A DNA stretch of 64,000 bases, taken from the NCBI GenBank assembly GCA_018969615.1, contig JAGWYA010000005.1, positions 1,286 to 65,285 of the forward strand. The letters run 5' to 3'. Positions 36,214-46,413 of the stretch are shown piece by piece; within the stretch, counting starts at the first letter, position 1, and each line of letters starts with the position of its first letter. Under the pieces are notes generated by a model. It searched no databases and had not been told where the DNA came from. It worked only from the letters and a program-made list of their open reading frames with translations. This DNA comes from Patescibacteria group bacterium. GTDB taxonomy: Bacteria > Patescibacteriota > Minisyncoccia > UBA6257 > 02-FULL-45-10c. The position numbers were made by a program, and so were the translations under genes.

Positions 36214-37119
36214 TTAGCGGCTAAGCCAGCTGAACTTCCCGACGTATTCCGACAGGCACACTTTCCAGTCGCGGGTCAGTTTCGGATTAAGCTTTTTGAG
36301 ATTGATGTTCACGAGCGTTTCTGACCGCGGCCGCGGAGCGAAATACGTTGCGCGCAACGCGCTTGAACCGATCTTTTTCACGGTTATTTTTTTCGCAAGG
36401 CCGAGCTGTTTCACAAGCTCTTTCGCAACGTCGTAGCGGCTCCCGCTTCCGTTGCAGGCGCCGTGAAAGATGCCGGACTTTTTATGGTCAAGCAGATAGT
36501 GCATGGAACGGGCGAGATCGTAGGTATAGCAGGGCGTTCCCAGCTTGTCATCAACGACCTGAAGCGTTGTTTTGCCGGCACGGATCTGTTTGATGATCTT
36601 ATTGATGAATTTCTTGTCTTTTTTCGGCCCGCCGCCCATCATCCATCCCGCACGGATGACGACCGATCCCGGGGTTGCGCGGGCGACCGCTTCTCCGATG
36701 AATTTCGATCGGCCATACACACTGAGCGGATTCGGTTGATCGTTTTCGCGGTAGCGATCTTTCTCGCCGTCAAAGACCCCGGCGGTGCTGATATAGAGGA
36801 AGGGGATCTTGTGTTTACGTGCATAGGATGCGAGATTTTCGACGCCAATACTGTTCGTCTGATAGGCGTTATCGGCGTGCCGTTCGCAGTATTCCATGTC
36901 GGTCAGCGCGGCAAGGTGGAGAATATAGTTCGGTCGGACGCGGCGTAGATACGCGGTAACCGCTTTTGTGTCCCGCACGTCGAGATAGGAGAGCCACGGC
37001 GCATTCAGATCAATGTCGGTTGCGCGCAGTTTGCAGATGTCCTTGAATTCCGCATAGACCGCTTCGCCGAGCATGCCGCCGCAGCCGGTCACAAGCACAG
37101 TATCTTTCTTGGTGATCAT
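36214..37119 (-). CDS. rmlD: dTDP-4-dehydrorhamnose reductase family (SDR)
   Basis: VTGCGGMLG, HLAALT, ISTAGVFDG, YGRSK, APRP. Confidence 0.85.
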   Translation of the reverse strand: MITKKDTVLVTGCGGMLGEAVYAEFKDICKLRATDIDLNAPWLSYLDVRDTKAVTAYLRRVRPNYILHLAALTDMEYCERHADNAYQTNSIGVENLASYARKHKIPFLYISTAGVFDGEKDRYRENDQPNPLSVYGRSKFIGEAVARATPGSVVIRAGWMMGGGPKKDKKFINKIIKQIRAGKTTLQVVDDKLGTPCYTYDLARSMHYLLDHKKSGIFHGACNGSGSRYDVAKELVKQLGLAKKITVKKIGSSALRATYFAPRPRSETLVNINLKKLNPKLTRDWKVCLSEYVGKFSWLSR

Positions 37120-37131
37120 AGGAGTGAATGA

Positions 37132-37842
37132 TTAAAGGATATTCATTCTGAATTTTATCATGTCAACGAACGTATCGACAATGACGTTCCATTTCGATCC
37201 GCTGGCGACGCCGCTGGACCGGTGAAAATGCGTAACCGGAAATTGCGCGATCGAAAACCCGGCTCGGGATGCGCGGATCAGCATTTCGGCATCAATGAAT
37301 GCGCTGGCGCTCTTGATCTGCATCGGATCAATAACCTTCCGCTTGTAGATCTTCATGGAGCAGTTGACGTCCCGAAGGCGAAGGCCGAACAGTGCGCGTA
37401 TGAAAAAATTATAGATGGCCGATTGGACTTTCCGCCCGTTGGTGACCGCCTTCTCGGTCACATATCCGCTCAAGATATCGTGATCGTTGAGGAGCGGGAG
37501 AGCCGGTTTGAACTCGCGGATATCATACTGATTATCGCCGTCGGTATACATGACGTAGTCATACCGGGCCGCTTTGAATCCGTCATGGAGCGTTGCGCCG
37601 TAGCCGAGGTTCTTCGGATGATGGATCACGCGGACATGCGGGACCGTTTTTGCTAGTTCATCGGCGACCGTTCCGGTCCGGTCGGGGCTGCCGTCCTCAA
37701 CGATGATGATCTCAAAAGTATCCGTGATCTCTTTGAGGAATTCCGCGACGCGGGGAATGAGCGTAGGAAGGTTTTGCTCGTCGTGATAGGCGGGACAGAA
37801 GAATGAGACGCTTTTTAATTTTCCCGCTGTGTGAGAAGGCAT
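37132..37842 (-). CDS. GT2 glycosyltransferase
   Basis: EDGSPDRT, NLGYG, TDGDNQY. Confidence 0.88.
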   Translation of the reverse strand: MPSHTAGKLKSVSFFCPAYHDEQNLPTLIPRVAEFLKEITDTFEIIIVEDGSPDRTGTVADELAKTVPHVRVIHHPKNLGYGATLHDGFKAARYDYVMYTDGDNQYDIREFKPALPLLNDHDILSGYVTEKAVTNGRKVQSAIYNFFIRALFGLRLRDVNCSMKIYKRKVIDPMQIKSASAFIDAEMLIRASRAGFSIAQFPVTHFHRSSGVASGSKWNVIVDTFVDMIKFRMNIL

Positions 37843-37952
37843 GGGATAGGCATTTAAAATACACTTTAGTATAGCGCAGAGAAGCGGGTCGGCGAAAGAA
37901 GGCTAAAAGCATCCTCTGGAATCGAAGCGGATACGATGCTACTCTAAGGAGT

Positions 37953-38867
37953 ATGAAAAAGGATCACAAGACGAAAGCTGAAGCGACCGCGGATGTCAGA
38001 AAATGGTGGGATGAGAATCCGTTCACGCTCGGCGTGGCGACGGGCGACTATGCAAAGCACGATCTCGTGGGGCGCCAGCCTCTTGAGAAGATGACGCTGG
38101 AGTATTTCGAAGAGATCAACCGCCGGTTCCGGAAGCATATGGGTTTGAACGTGCAGAAGCCGGGGCACCCGCTCCTTTCGGGAGTCATTGATTTTGACGC
38201 TGACATCAAAGGGAAGAAAGTCCTTGATATTGCGACCGGATCGGGTTTGCATACGGTAGAGTTCGCGGCGGCAGGCGCCGACGTGACCGGGATCGACTTG
38301 ACCCCTTTTGCGGTGGTTCAGACAAAAAAGAACCTTGAGGTCCGAGGCTTTTCGGCGGAGGTTCGGGAGATGGATGCGCAGCATATGGACCTTCCCGATA
38401 ATTCGTTCGACTTTGTGAACGCATGGGGATGTCTTATGCATATGCCGGATACGGAAAAGGCGATGCGCGAGATCCATCGCGTCCTGAAGCCGGGCGGCCG
38501 CACGTTCGCCTATATGTACAATCGGAGCTCTTGGCCGTTCTGGTTCAATATCATTTTACTGCGCGGCATCTTGCTTGCCGGCCTGGTGAGATATAAAGGG
38601 AATATCACCCGGCTGACCTCCCGCTATAGCGATGGAGCGGCTACGGGCGGGAATATGCTGACGAAATTCTATACGCCGAAACAGGTGGAACGTATGTTCC
38701 GCGCCGCCGGATTTTCAAATGTAAAAGCGCTTCCGCTTGATCTCGGATACGAAGCGGACCATTGGCCGATGAACAGCTTCCCGGTATTCAAGTTCTTGCC
38801 GAAGTCGGTGAAGGCATGGATGGGCAAGCGGTGGGGGTACGGGCTTATCGTGTATGCGCAAAAATAA
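37953..38867 (+). CDS. Class I SAM-dependent methyltransferase
   Basis: VLDIATGSG, DNSFDFV, HRVLKPGG. Confidence 0.88.
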   Translation: MKKDHKTKAEATADVRKWWDENPFTLGVATGDYAKHDLVGRQPLEKMTLEYFEEINRRFRKHMGLNVQKPGHPLLSGVIDFDADIKGKKVLDIATGSGLHTVEFAAAGADVTGIDLTPFAVVQTKKNLEVRGFSAEVREMDAQHMDLPDNSFDFVNAWGCLMHMPDTEKAMREIHRVLKPGGRTFAYMYNRSSWPFWFNIILLRGILLAGLVRYKGNITRLTSRYSDGAATGGNMLTKFYTPKQVERMFRAAGFSNVKALPLDLGYEADHWPMNSFPVFKFLPKSVKAWMGKRWGYGLIVYAQK

Positions 38868-39492
38868 GCGATCGATCGAAGCTCCGTGGGACCGTTTTTT
38901 CAGGGAGAAGATCATCAGGATCTTTTCTGAAAAAAAGACCGTCATTGATATCGGCGGCGGTTTGCGTGTTTCAAAAAAGAAAGGGAATCGGTACGATCCC
39001 GGACGCGAGTGGATCCTTCCGTATATCGAAAAGGTTGACTATAAGGTGATGGACCCCGTTGATACGTATCATCCCGATATCGTCGGCGATATTCAGGCGC
39101 TTCCGATGCCGGCCAATTCCGTTGACGCCATCATCTGCCTTGCGGTACTTGAGCATGTGGAAGATCCGATCACGGCGTGGAAGGAGATGTATCGCGTATT
39201 AAAGCCGGGAGGGTTTTGTCTTATCTATGTTCCGTTCCTGTATTATTACCATGCGGAAAAAGGCTACTACGGAGATTTTTGGAGGTTCACGAAGGACGGT
39301 ATTGCGCATTTGTCCAGGCAGTATACAAGCGTTGAGATCGAACCGGTCAGAGGAGCGATCGAGACCTGGATACGACTGAGCCCGCTCGGCCGCGTCAGCG
39401 TTTTTAACCGCTTTGCGCGGGTTTTGGACAGGGTATCGGGGAAGCTGAAAAGCGATCAGGTGAGCGGGTATAATGTTTTCCTGATCAAATAA
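38854..39492 (+). CDS. Class I SAM-dependent methyltransferase (type 11)
   Basis: IDIGGG, VLEHV, RVLKPGG, DFWRFT. Confidence 0.88.
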   Translation: MRKNKRSIEAPWDRFFREKIIRIFSEKKTVIDIGGGLRVSKKKGNRYDPGREWILPYIEKVDYKVMDPVDTYHPDIVGDIQALPMPANSVDAIICLAVLEHVEDPITAWKEMYRVLKPGGFCLIYVPFLYYYHAEKGYYGDFWRFTKDGIAHLSRQYTSVEIEPVRGAIETWIRLSPLGRVSVFNRFARVLDRVSGKLKSDQVSGYNVFLIK

Positions 39493-39497
39493 TTTTT

Positions 39498-40286
39498 ATG
39501 GATAAGACTGCAAACCTAAAACATGCTTTGGCGGCCGCGTATGACGCTTTGCGCCCTTTTTCTGATAAATATGAGATCGATCTTAAGCGATACTTGTTCT
39601 CTTTGAAATTATTGAGCGGTATCGAGGGATATAAGAATAAAAAAATACTTGATATCGGAACGGGGATCGGGATCTTGCCGATAGCGCTCAGAAAACTGGG
39701 GGCCGCGCACGTGTTTGGCGCTGATCATTACGTGTTCCCGGAATCCGGCAATGAAATGTTCGGGATCCGTGAGATCGAGAAGATCAAAGCGGTATGGCAT
39801 GCGCAGGGTGTCGAGGTGTTCGATCTCGATATCATAAAAGATGATCTTCCGAAAACGCTTGAAGGGGTCGGCGTCATCGTCAGCGAGGCGACCATTGAGC
39901 ACCTGAAGGCTCCGCGCGTATTTCTTGACCGTATTTTTACCCTGTTACCCTCAGGCGGATATTTTCTTCTTACGACGCCGAATATCGCGACCGCGGTGAA
40001 GCGTTTGCGGTTCCTTTTCGGAAAAACGCCGTTATGGCCGGTCCAGGATTTTTATAAAGACGGGGAGGATTTTACCGGCCATTGGCGGGAATATACCATG
40101 GCTGAGCTTGAGTATATGTGCCGCAAGAGCGGTTTTGCGGTGGTTGATCGGCATACCGTGAACACGTTGGTGAAGCTCAGAGTAGGCACGAGCATGAAAA
40201 AGAACGCAAAAGCGCTTTTCACCATTCTGCTCTCGTTCTTGCCCGGTTCCGGGGAGATGCATTACGTATTGTGCCGTAAGCCTTAA
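39498..40286 (+). CDS. Class I SAM-dependent methyltransferase
   Basis: ILDIGTGIG, IEHL, TTPN, HWREYT. Confidence 0.85.
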   Translation: MDKTANLKHALAAAYDALRPFSDKYEIDLKRYLFSLKLLSGIEGYKNKKILDIGTGIGILPIALRKLGAAHVFGADHYVFPESGNEMFGIREIEKIKAVWHAQGVEVFDLDIIKDDLPKTLEGVGVIVSEATIEHLKAPRVFLDRIFTLLPSGGYFLLTTPNIATAVKRLRFLFGKTPLWPVQDFYKDGEDFTGHWREYTMAELEYMCRKSGFAVVDRHTVNTLVKLRVGTSMKKNAKALFTILLSFLPGSGEMHYVLCRKP

Positions 40287-40350
40287 ACAAAAAGGCAGGA
40301 CCGGCGTTTCCGAGACAATTTCACCGGCTTTTTGGTTTCAATTAAAGACT

Positions 40351-41400
40351 ATGACCAAGGTATATATCGGAAAACTTTTGGATGGCGTATCGTATCTTCC
40401 AGTGCTTTTTCCGAACCTCGGACCGATCCGTGATGACCGGCATCTTTTTGCTGACAAGGGGTGGCGCACATTCACGACGCCGGTTTTTGATATCGTGGAG
40501 CGTCCTGAAGAAGCCGATTTTATTTTGTTGCCCTATGACTATTTTTCTATGTTTGACCGGAACCGGTCGGTCGTGGACGACTATATCGCGCTGGCAAAAA
40601 GGTCGGGAAAGAAACTGCTTATCTTTGATCTCAGCGATTATACCGAGCGTCCGGTTGATACTGAGAACGCGGTTATTTTTCGCGTTGCCGGGTATCGCCA
40701 TCACCTGAAACGGAATGAGATCATCATGCCGTATTTTGTGGAAGATCTTTCCCGCGAAGGGGAAGTGTACTGGCGCACGAAGGGCGATAAGCCGGTTGTC
40801 GGATTTTGCGGCTGGGCCGATTTTAAGAATGGAACGCAAAAAGCGAAGGCGTATGTGAAAAAATGGTATTTCGCCGTGCTGTATGCGCTTGCGGGCGATA
40901 AAGATGTCGGGGCGCATCAGCAGGGTTTGTTGTTCCGCCGGAAGCTCATACGCGTTTTAATGGATTCGGCCGCAGTGAAGACGAATTTTATCATCCGCAA
41001 GGCTTATGGATCGCACCGGGATACGATCGAGCTTCCTCCGGATGAGGCGCGGAAGCAATATATTCAAAATATCCTTGATTCCGACCTTACGGTGTCAATT
41101 CGCGGAGATGCCAATGCTTCGCAGCGATTTTATGAAGTACTGAGCTTAGGACGGATCCCGGTTTTGTTGGATACTGATTGCGTTTTGCCGCTGGAAGACG
41201 AGATCCGCTATGACGAGTTTATGCTGCGCATTCCTCATCGGGATATTGACCGGGCAGGGGATATTATCGCTGAATTTTACGGAAAATTGCCGCCGGAGGA
41301 CTTTAAGAAGATGCAGCAGCGTGCACAGGAAGTATTCGAGAATTATCTGAGAGCCGATTCGTTCTTCGGCCATGTCCTGCCGAAACTGTCCGGTCTATAA
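40351..41400 (+). CDS. Exostosin (GT47) family protein
   Basis: PEEADFILLP, RGDANASQRFYEVLSLGRIPVL. Confidence 0.8.
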   Translation: MTKVYIGKLLDGVSYLPVLFPNLGPIRDDRHLFADKGWRTFTTPVFDIVERPEEADFILLPYDYFSMFDRNRSVVDDYIALAKRSGKKLLIFDLSDYTERPVDTENAVIFRVAGYRHHLKRNEIIMPYFVEDLSREGEVYWRTKGDKPVVGFCGWADFKNGTQKAKAYVKKWYFAVLYALAGDKDVGAHQQGLLFRRKLIRVLMDSAAVKTNFIIRKAYGSHRDTIELPPDEARKQYIQNILDSDLTVSIRGDANASQRFYEVLSLGRIPVLLDTDCVLPLEDEIRYDEFMLRIPHRDIDRAGDIIAEFYGKLPPEDFKKMQQRAQEVFENYLRADSFFGHVLPKLSGL

Positions 41401-41427
41401 AGGGGTTTAATATCGTTTATTTGCATT

Positions 41428-42198
41428 TCACAGAGAAACTGCTTCAGTTACAGGATCTTTTTCTTTGCGGGTTATAACTAAGATAGAGACTCCGAAAGGA
41501 AAATTTATTTTTTTAAGGACATATCTTTCAGCATTGAATATAAAAGAAAATAATTTATTTAAAAATGGGCTATTCATATTGAAATCGGACTCCCGAGATC
41601 TTATATGGAATAACCTGCTCATTAAGCGAACGAGTGCGATCGGAGGAAAGAGGAATGTATTGAAGTAGGTTGACCGCACGCTCTGTATGGATGAAACCTG
41701 CTCTATTTTTGAGAGGAGTTGATGCCGAGTGTATCTTCGATAATGATGAGATACTTCGTCCTGAACGCCCCAAAGAAACATGAATGCCGGCACCATTATA
41801 ATAAAAAATCCTCCAGGCTTCAGGACGCGTTCGATTTCTTTGATCGCCCAGTCCTCATTTTCTAGGTGCTCTAAAACATCCAGGGCGAGTATGGCGTCGA
41901 AAGTGTTATTATCGAATTCAACTTTGTGTGAGCTTATGGTTTTAATATTTTTTATTCCGCGCGAGCGTCCAAAGGCGATAGCTTCGGAAGAAATATCGAT
42001 CCCGTAGGGATCATATCCAATGCCAGCGAGCTCTTCCACAAACAAGCCTGAGCCGCAGCCAAAGTCCAATATTTTTATATCATTTGGGTTTTTGTTTAAA
42101 TATTTTTTTAAATTATCAACAACAATAGCCCTTCTGCCCATCATGAGCCAGTGCCCTTTTTCTATTTCAAAATAATTTTTATAGAACCCTTTTTCCAT
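41428..42198 (-). CDS. Class I SAM-dependent methyltransferase (AT-rich)
   Basis: ILDFGCGSG, DVLEHL, VPAFMFLWG.QDE..HHYRRY; start probably MEKG at 42198. Confidence 0.88.
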   Translation of the reverse strand: MEKGFYKNYFEIEKGHWLMMGRRAIVVDNLKKYLNKNPNDIKILDFGCGSGLFVEELAGIGYDPYGIDISSEAIAFGRSRGIKNIKTISSHKVEFDNNTFDAILALDVLEHLENEDWAIKEIERVLKPGGFFIIMVPAFMFLWGVQDEVSHHYRRYTRHQLLSKIEQVSSIQSVRSTYFNTFLFPPIALVRLMSRLFHIRSRESDFNMNSPFLNKLFSFIFNAERYVLKKINFPFGVSILVITRKEKDPVTEAVSL

Positions 42199-42383
42199 AA
42201 TGTGATATATTGCTATCTTGCCATTCACACTGCCTTGTTTATAGGTAAGATCTGATAAGATAATATCATTGTACGTGTATTATTAAAGCATATTACGCGG
42301 CTGAGTGAACAGCGGCGGCGCCCGAGCTCTCCGGCCATATCCGAGACAATTTAAGCTTCGAATCGGTTTTAACTAACGATTGT

Positions 42384-43529
42384 ATGAATAAGAATTTACT
42401 CTATATCGCCAATATCCGCCTTCCGACCGAAAAAGCGCACGGCGTGCAGATCATGAACATGTGCGCATCGTTCGTTGCGAACGGCATACAAGTTGAATTA
42501 GTCGTTCCGCGCCGGTTCAATAAGATCAAAGAGGATCCGTTCGCATACTATGGGATCCCGCGGACGTTTACGGTCCGCCGGATGCCGGTCCTTGACCTGA
42601 CGATGCTTGGCGCGATCGGCTTCTGGGTTGAGGCCGTCTCTTTTTCATTTTTTGCTTTCATGTATTCGCTGGGGAAGCGGGGATGGACGCTGTATACCCG
42701 CGATGAGGTTACCGCTTATCTATTCTCTTTGTCGGGAAGGCGCATCTTTTGGGAGACGCACACGCAGTCCCATAACCGGATGACCGGGAAAACGCTTCGC
42801 CGCGTCGCCGGTATTATTACGCTGACACAGGCGTCGAAGGATTATTATACAAAGGAATTCGGAGTAGCTGCAGAAAAGATCTTTGTTGCCGCCGACGGCG
42901 TTGATATCCGGGCATTCTCGGCGTCACAGACCAAAGAAGAGGCGAGAAAGCAGCTCGATCTTCCGCAGGATAAAAAGATCGTCGCCTATATAGGAAAATA
43001 TAGGACGATGGGAGCGGCGAAAGGAGTTGATGAGATCGTCGAGGCGGTCGCTCGCGTGCGGCGCGATATATCCGACGCGGCGGTGATGATTGTGGGATTA
43101 AATAAGGATGAGGTCGCGGAATTAGCATCGGTATGCGACGCGAAAGGAATTCCGCCGGCGGAGCGGATCCTGCATACGCATGTGCCGCTGGCGAAGATCC
43201 CGTTGTACCTTCGGGCATGCGACGTGGTGGTGATGAACTATCCGAACACGCCGCATTATGCCCGGTTTATGTCGCCGCTGAAGCTTTTTGAATATATGGC
43301 GAGCGGGGTTCCGATCGTCACGACCGATCTGCCGAGCATCCGCGAAGTGCTTGATGAGTCGACGGCCATCTTTGTAGGGCCCGATGATGCGAACGATCTT
43401 GCGCGGGGGATCTCATCCGCGCTTATGCATCCCGAGCGTGCGCATGCCCTTGCTTCTGCCGCGCAGGTGAAGGTAAAGGCGTATGATTGGAAGAACAGAG
43501 CCGCTCAGATAGCCGGTTTTGTGGCCTAA
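42384..43529 (+). CDS. GT4 glycosyltransferase
   Basis: RLPTEKAHGVQI, SPLKLFEYMASG. Confidence 0.9.
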   Translation: MNKNLLYIANIRLPTEKAHGVQIMNMCASFVANGIQVELVVPRRFNKIKEDPFAYYGIPRTFTVRRMPVLDLTMLGAIGFWVEAVSFSFFAFMYSLGKRGWTLYTRDEVTAYLFSLSGRRIFWETHTQSHNRMTGKTLRRVAGIITLTQASKDYYTKEFGVAAEKIFVAADGVDIRAFSASQTKEEARKQLDLPQDKKIVAYIGKYRTMGAAKGVDEIVEAVARVRRDISDAAVMIVGLNKDEVAELASVCDAKGIPPAERILHTHVPLAKIPLYLRACDVVVMNYPNTPHYARFMSPLKLFEYMASGVPIVTTDLPSIREVLDESTAIFVGPDDANDLARGISSALMHPERAHALASAAQVKVKAYDWKNRAAQIAGFVA

Positions 43530-43582
43530 AAAGCGAAATAGCGTTGCTTGTCGGAGGCCCCATCTTTTGATAGACTCTCCCT

Positions 43583-44530
43583 ATGAAACTCTCCTTCATT
43601 TTGCCGCTGTATAACGAGGCGGAAAATCTCCCGCATCTCTTCGATTCGATCCATGCGGTCATCAAGGAGCATGGGTATGATTATGAGCTTATTGCGGTTG
43701 ATGACGGCTCCCGGGACGCCAGTTTTTCGGTATTGAAAGAGGCTGCAAAGAAGGATCCGAAGATCAAAGTGATCCGATTTTTGGTCAATAGCGGACAGAC
43801 GGCGGCGCTGAGCGCAGGCATTGAACATGCGACCGGCGATGTTCTGATCCCGCTGGATAGCGATCTTGAGAATGATCCGAAAGATATCCCGGTGCTACTT
43901 GCAAAGCTTGATGAGGGATATGATGTGGTCTCCGGGTGGCGGAAGGATCGCTGGAAAGGGAAGTTCCTGACGCGCAAAGTACCGTCGGTTACGGCGAACT
44001 GGCTGATCTCGAAGATAACCGGGGTTCATCTCCATGATTACGGATGCACACTGAAGGCGTATCGCGCCGAGGTCATTCGGGGCGTGAAGTTGTACGGGGA
44101 GATGCATCGGTTCATTCCTGCGTATGCCTCATGGCGCGGCGCCCGCGTGACCGAGGTTCCGGTCCGGTACCACCAGCGCATTCACGGGAAGAGCAATTAC
44201 GGGATCTCCCGCACATTCAAGGTTCTCTTGGACCTTCTTTTGATAAAATTCTTGCATAAATATATGGATCGCCCGATGCACTTTTTCGGAGGGCTGGGGC
44301 TTGTTTCGCTTGCCCTGGGACTTTTAGCGGGATTAGTCGCGATCGTGCTGAAGATCTTTGCTATCCGCCAGTTGGTCTCCACTCCGTTGCCGCAGCTTTC
44401 AGCGCTTTTCATTATTGTCGGCGTTCAACTTGCCGCGATGGGCGTGATCGCGGAAATGATCATGCGGATGTACTACGAAACACAGGATAAGCGGCCGTAT
44501 TCCGTTAAGGAAACGATTAATCTTGAATAA
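43583..44530 (+). CDS. GT2, ArnC/GtrB-like polyprenyl-phosphate glycosyltransferase
   Basis: DDGSRD, GQTAAL, DSDLENDP, GEMHRFIP, two C-terminal TM helices. Confidence 0.9.
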   Translation: MKLSFILPLYNEAENLPHLFDSIHAVIKEHGYDYELIAVDDGSRDASFSVLKEAAKKDPKIKVIRFLVNSGQTAALSAGIEHATGDVLIPLDSDLENDPKDIPVLLAKLDEGYDVVSGWRKDRWKGKFLTRKVPSVTANWLISKITGVHLHDYGCTLKAYRAEVIRGVKLYGEMHRFIPAYASWRGARVTEVPVRYHQRIHGKSNYGISRTFKVLLDLLLIKFLHKYMDRPMHFFGGLGLVSLALGLLAGLVAIVLKIFAIRQLVSTPLPQLSALFIIVGVQLAAMGVIAEMIMRMYYETQDKRPYSVKETINLE

Positions 44531-44535
44531 TCGGC

Positions 44536-46413
44536 ATGTGCGGTATCGCCGGCTTCGTCGGAAAAGGAGAACAGCACGAGCTGGAACGGATGATCGATGC
44601 CCTGAAGCATCGCGGTCCTGACGACCGGGGTGTTTTTTTAGACGGCGGCGTCGGATTGGCGCATGCGCGTTTGAGCATTATCGATATTAGTCCGAGCGGG
44701 CATCAGCCGATGTTCTCGTCCGACCGGAGCGCGGCGATCGTTTTCAACGGGGAGATCTATAATTTTCGGGAATTGAAAGAAGAACTTTCGGCTGAAGGGC
44801 GCGTGTTTACGACCGGAAGCGACACCGAGGTTATTCTTCATGCCTATGAGAGATGGGGAACTGATTGCTTTAAGCATTTGAACGGCATGTTCGCGATCGC
44901 GATCTATGACTTTCCCAAGAAAAGCCTGATCTTGGCGCGGGACCGCATGGGGAAGAAGCCGTTGTACTGGTCGCAGGCGGGAGGAACGGTTTTGTTCGGA
45001 TCCGAATTGCGGGCGCTTTCATGCCACCATCTTTTTAAGAAGAAACTTGATCTTGTATCGGTGAATAAATATTTTGCGTACGGGTATGTTCCGACTCCGC
45101 ACACGATCTTTGAAGGAGTGCGGAAGCTTGAACCAGGTACGTTCTTGGAACACCGCGAAGGCGCGATCAGGACCGGGAAGTTTTGGGCTGTGGATCAGCG
45201 TGAGGCGGATATCGATCTTGCCGAAGCGATCCGCATAGTGGATCGCGAACTGGATCGGAGCGTAAAGGCGCGGCTGATCGCCGACGTGCCGCTGGGGATC
45301 TTTTTGAGCGGAGGATTGGACAGCTCGACGATCGCATATTATGCCCAGAAACACTCAAAGCGGAAGATCAAAACATTCTCCGTCGGTTTTCATGAGAAGA
45401 GCTTTGATGAATCCGCGTATGCCCGGGAAGTGGCGGAGCATTTGGGGACCGATCATCATCACGTTATGCTGCCGCCGGATGAGGCGCTGAAGGTCATTCC
45501 CTCGCTTTTGGACCTGATCGACGAACCGATCGCCGATCCCTCGATCGTGCCGACCTATCTGCTTTCAAAGCATACGCGCCGGGAGGTGACGGTTGCGCTC
45601 GGCGGCGACGGAGGTGATGAGCTTTTTGCCGGCTATCCGACATTCCAGGCGGATGTTTTTGTGGCGATGTATCGCCGGATCCCTGCTTGGATTAGAAAAA
45701 ATATCATCGGGAAGCTTGTGAATGCGCTGGCGGTCTCGGATAAGAATTTCAGCCTCGGATTCAAGGTGCGGAAATTCGTTGAAGGCGTTGAAGGTGATCC
45801 GAAATATCTCCATCAGCGCTGGCTTTCCGTTATGGATGACAGCGCTCGGCGGGCATTGTTCAATCCCGATACATGGGAGAAGATAGGCCGGAAAAATGTA
45901 TTTGAAGATGTCGATCGCTATAGGGACGAGGTCGCGGCGATGCCTGATGAGAGAAATCGGGTGCTGTATGAGTATATGCGCACTTATATGATGGACCAGG
46001 TACTAGTGAAGGTTGACCGCGCAAGCATGCTGAACGCGCTTGAGGTCCGCGCGCCGTTCCTTGACCGTTCCATTGTTGATTTCGTGGCCCCGCTTCCGTA
46101 TGCTTTTAAGCTCAGGAATCTCCGCACAAAATATATCCTGAAGGAGCTTATGAAAGATCGCCTCCCGAAGCGCATCGTTATGAGGACGAAAAAAGGATTC
46201 GGTCTTCCGATCGCCCGGTGGCTGAAAGGGGATCTGAAGGAGTTTTGCGACGAAACGCTGTCGCGGAAGAATATTGATGGAATTGGCGTGCTGAACTATG
46301 GCTATGTTGAGGGTCTCAAGCAGGATCATTTTTCCGGTCGCGCGGACAATGCGCGGCAGTTATGGGCGTTGATGGTATTCGTGGCATGGCATAAGAGAAA
46401 TTTTGCGGTATGA
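44536..46413 (+). CDS. asnB: Asparagine synthase family amidotransferase (second copy)
   Basis: MCGIAG, HRGPDD, LSGGLDS, GDGGDELFAGY, KVDRASM. Confidence 0.92.
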   Translation: MCGIAGFVGKGEQHELERMIDALKHRGPDDRGVFLDGGVGLAHARLSIIDISPSGHQPMFSSDRSAAIVFNGEIYNFRELKEELSAEGRVFTTGSDTEVILHAYERWGTDCFKHLNGMFAIAIYDFPKKSLILARDRMGKKPLYWSQAGGTVLFGSELRALSCHHLFKKKLDLVSVNKYFAYGYVPTPHTIFEGVRKLEPGTFLEHREGAIRTGKFWAVDQREADIDLAEAIRIVDRELDRSVKARLIADVPLGIFLSGGLDSSTIAYYAQKHSKRKIKTFSVGFHEKSFDESAYAREVAEHLGTDHHHVMLPPDEALKVIPSLLDLIDEPIADPSIVPTYLLSKHTRREVTVALGGDGGDELFAGYPTFQADVFVAMYRRIPAWIRKNIIGKLVNALAVSDKNFSLGFKVRKFVEGVEGDPKYLHQRWLSVMDDSARRALFNPDTWEKIGRKNVFEDVDRYRDEVAAMPDERNRVLYEYMRTYMMDQVLVKVDRASMLNALEVRAPFLDRSIVDFVAPLPYAFKLRNLRTKYILKELMKDRLPKRIVMRTKKGFGLPIARWLKGDLKEFCDETLSRKNIDGIGVLNYGYVEGLKQDHFSGRADNARQLWALMVFVAWHKRNFAV

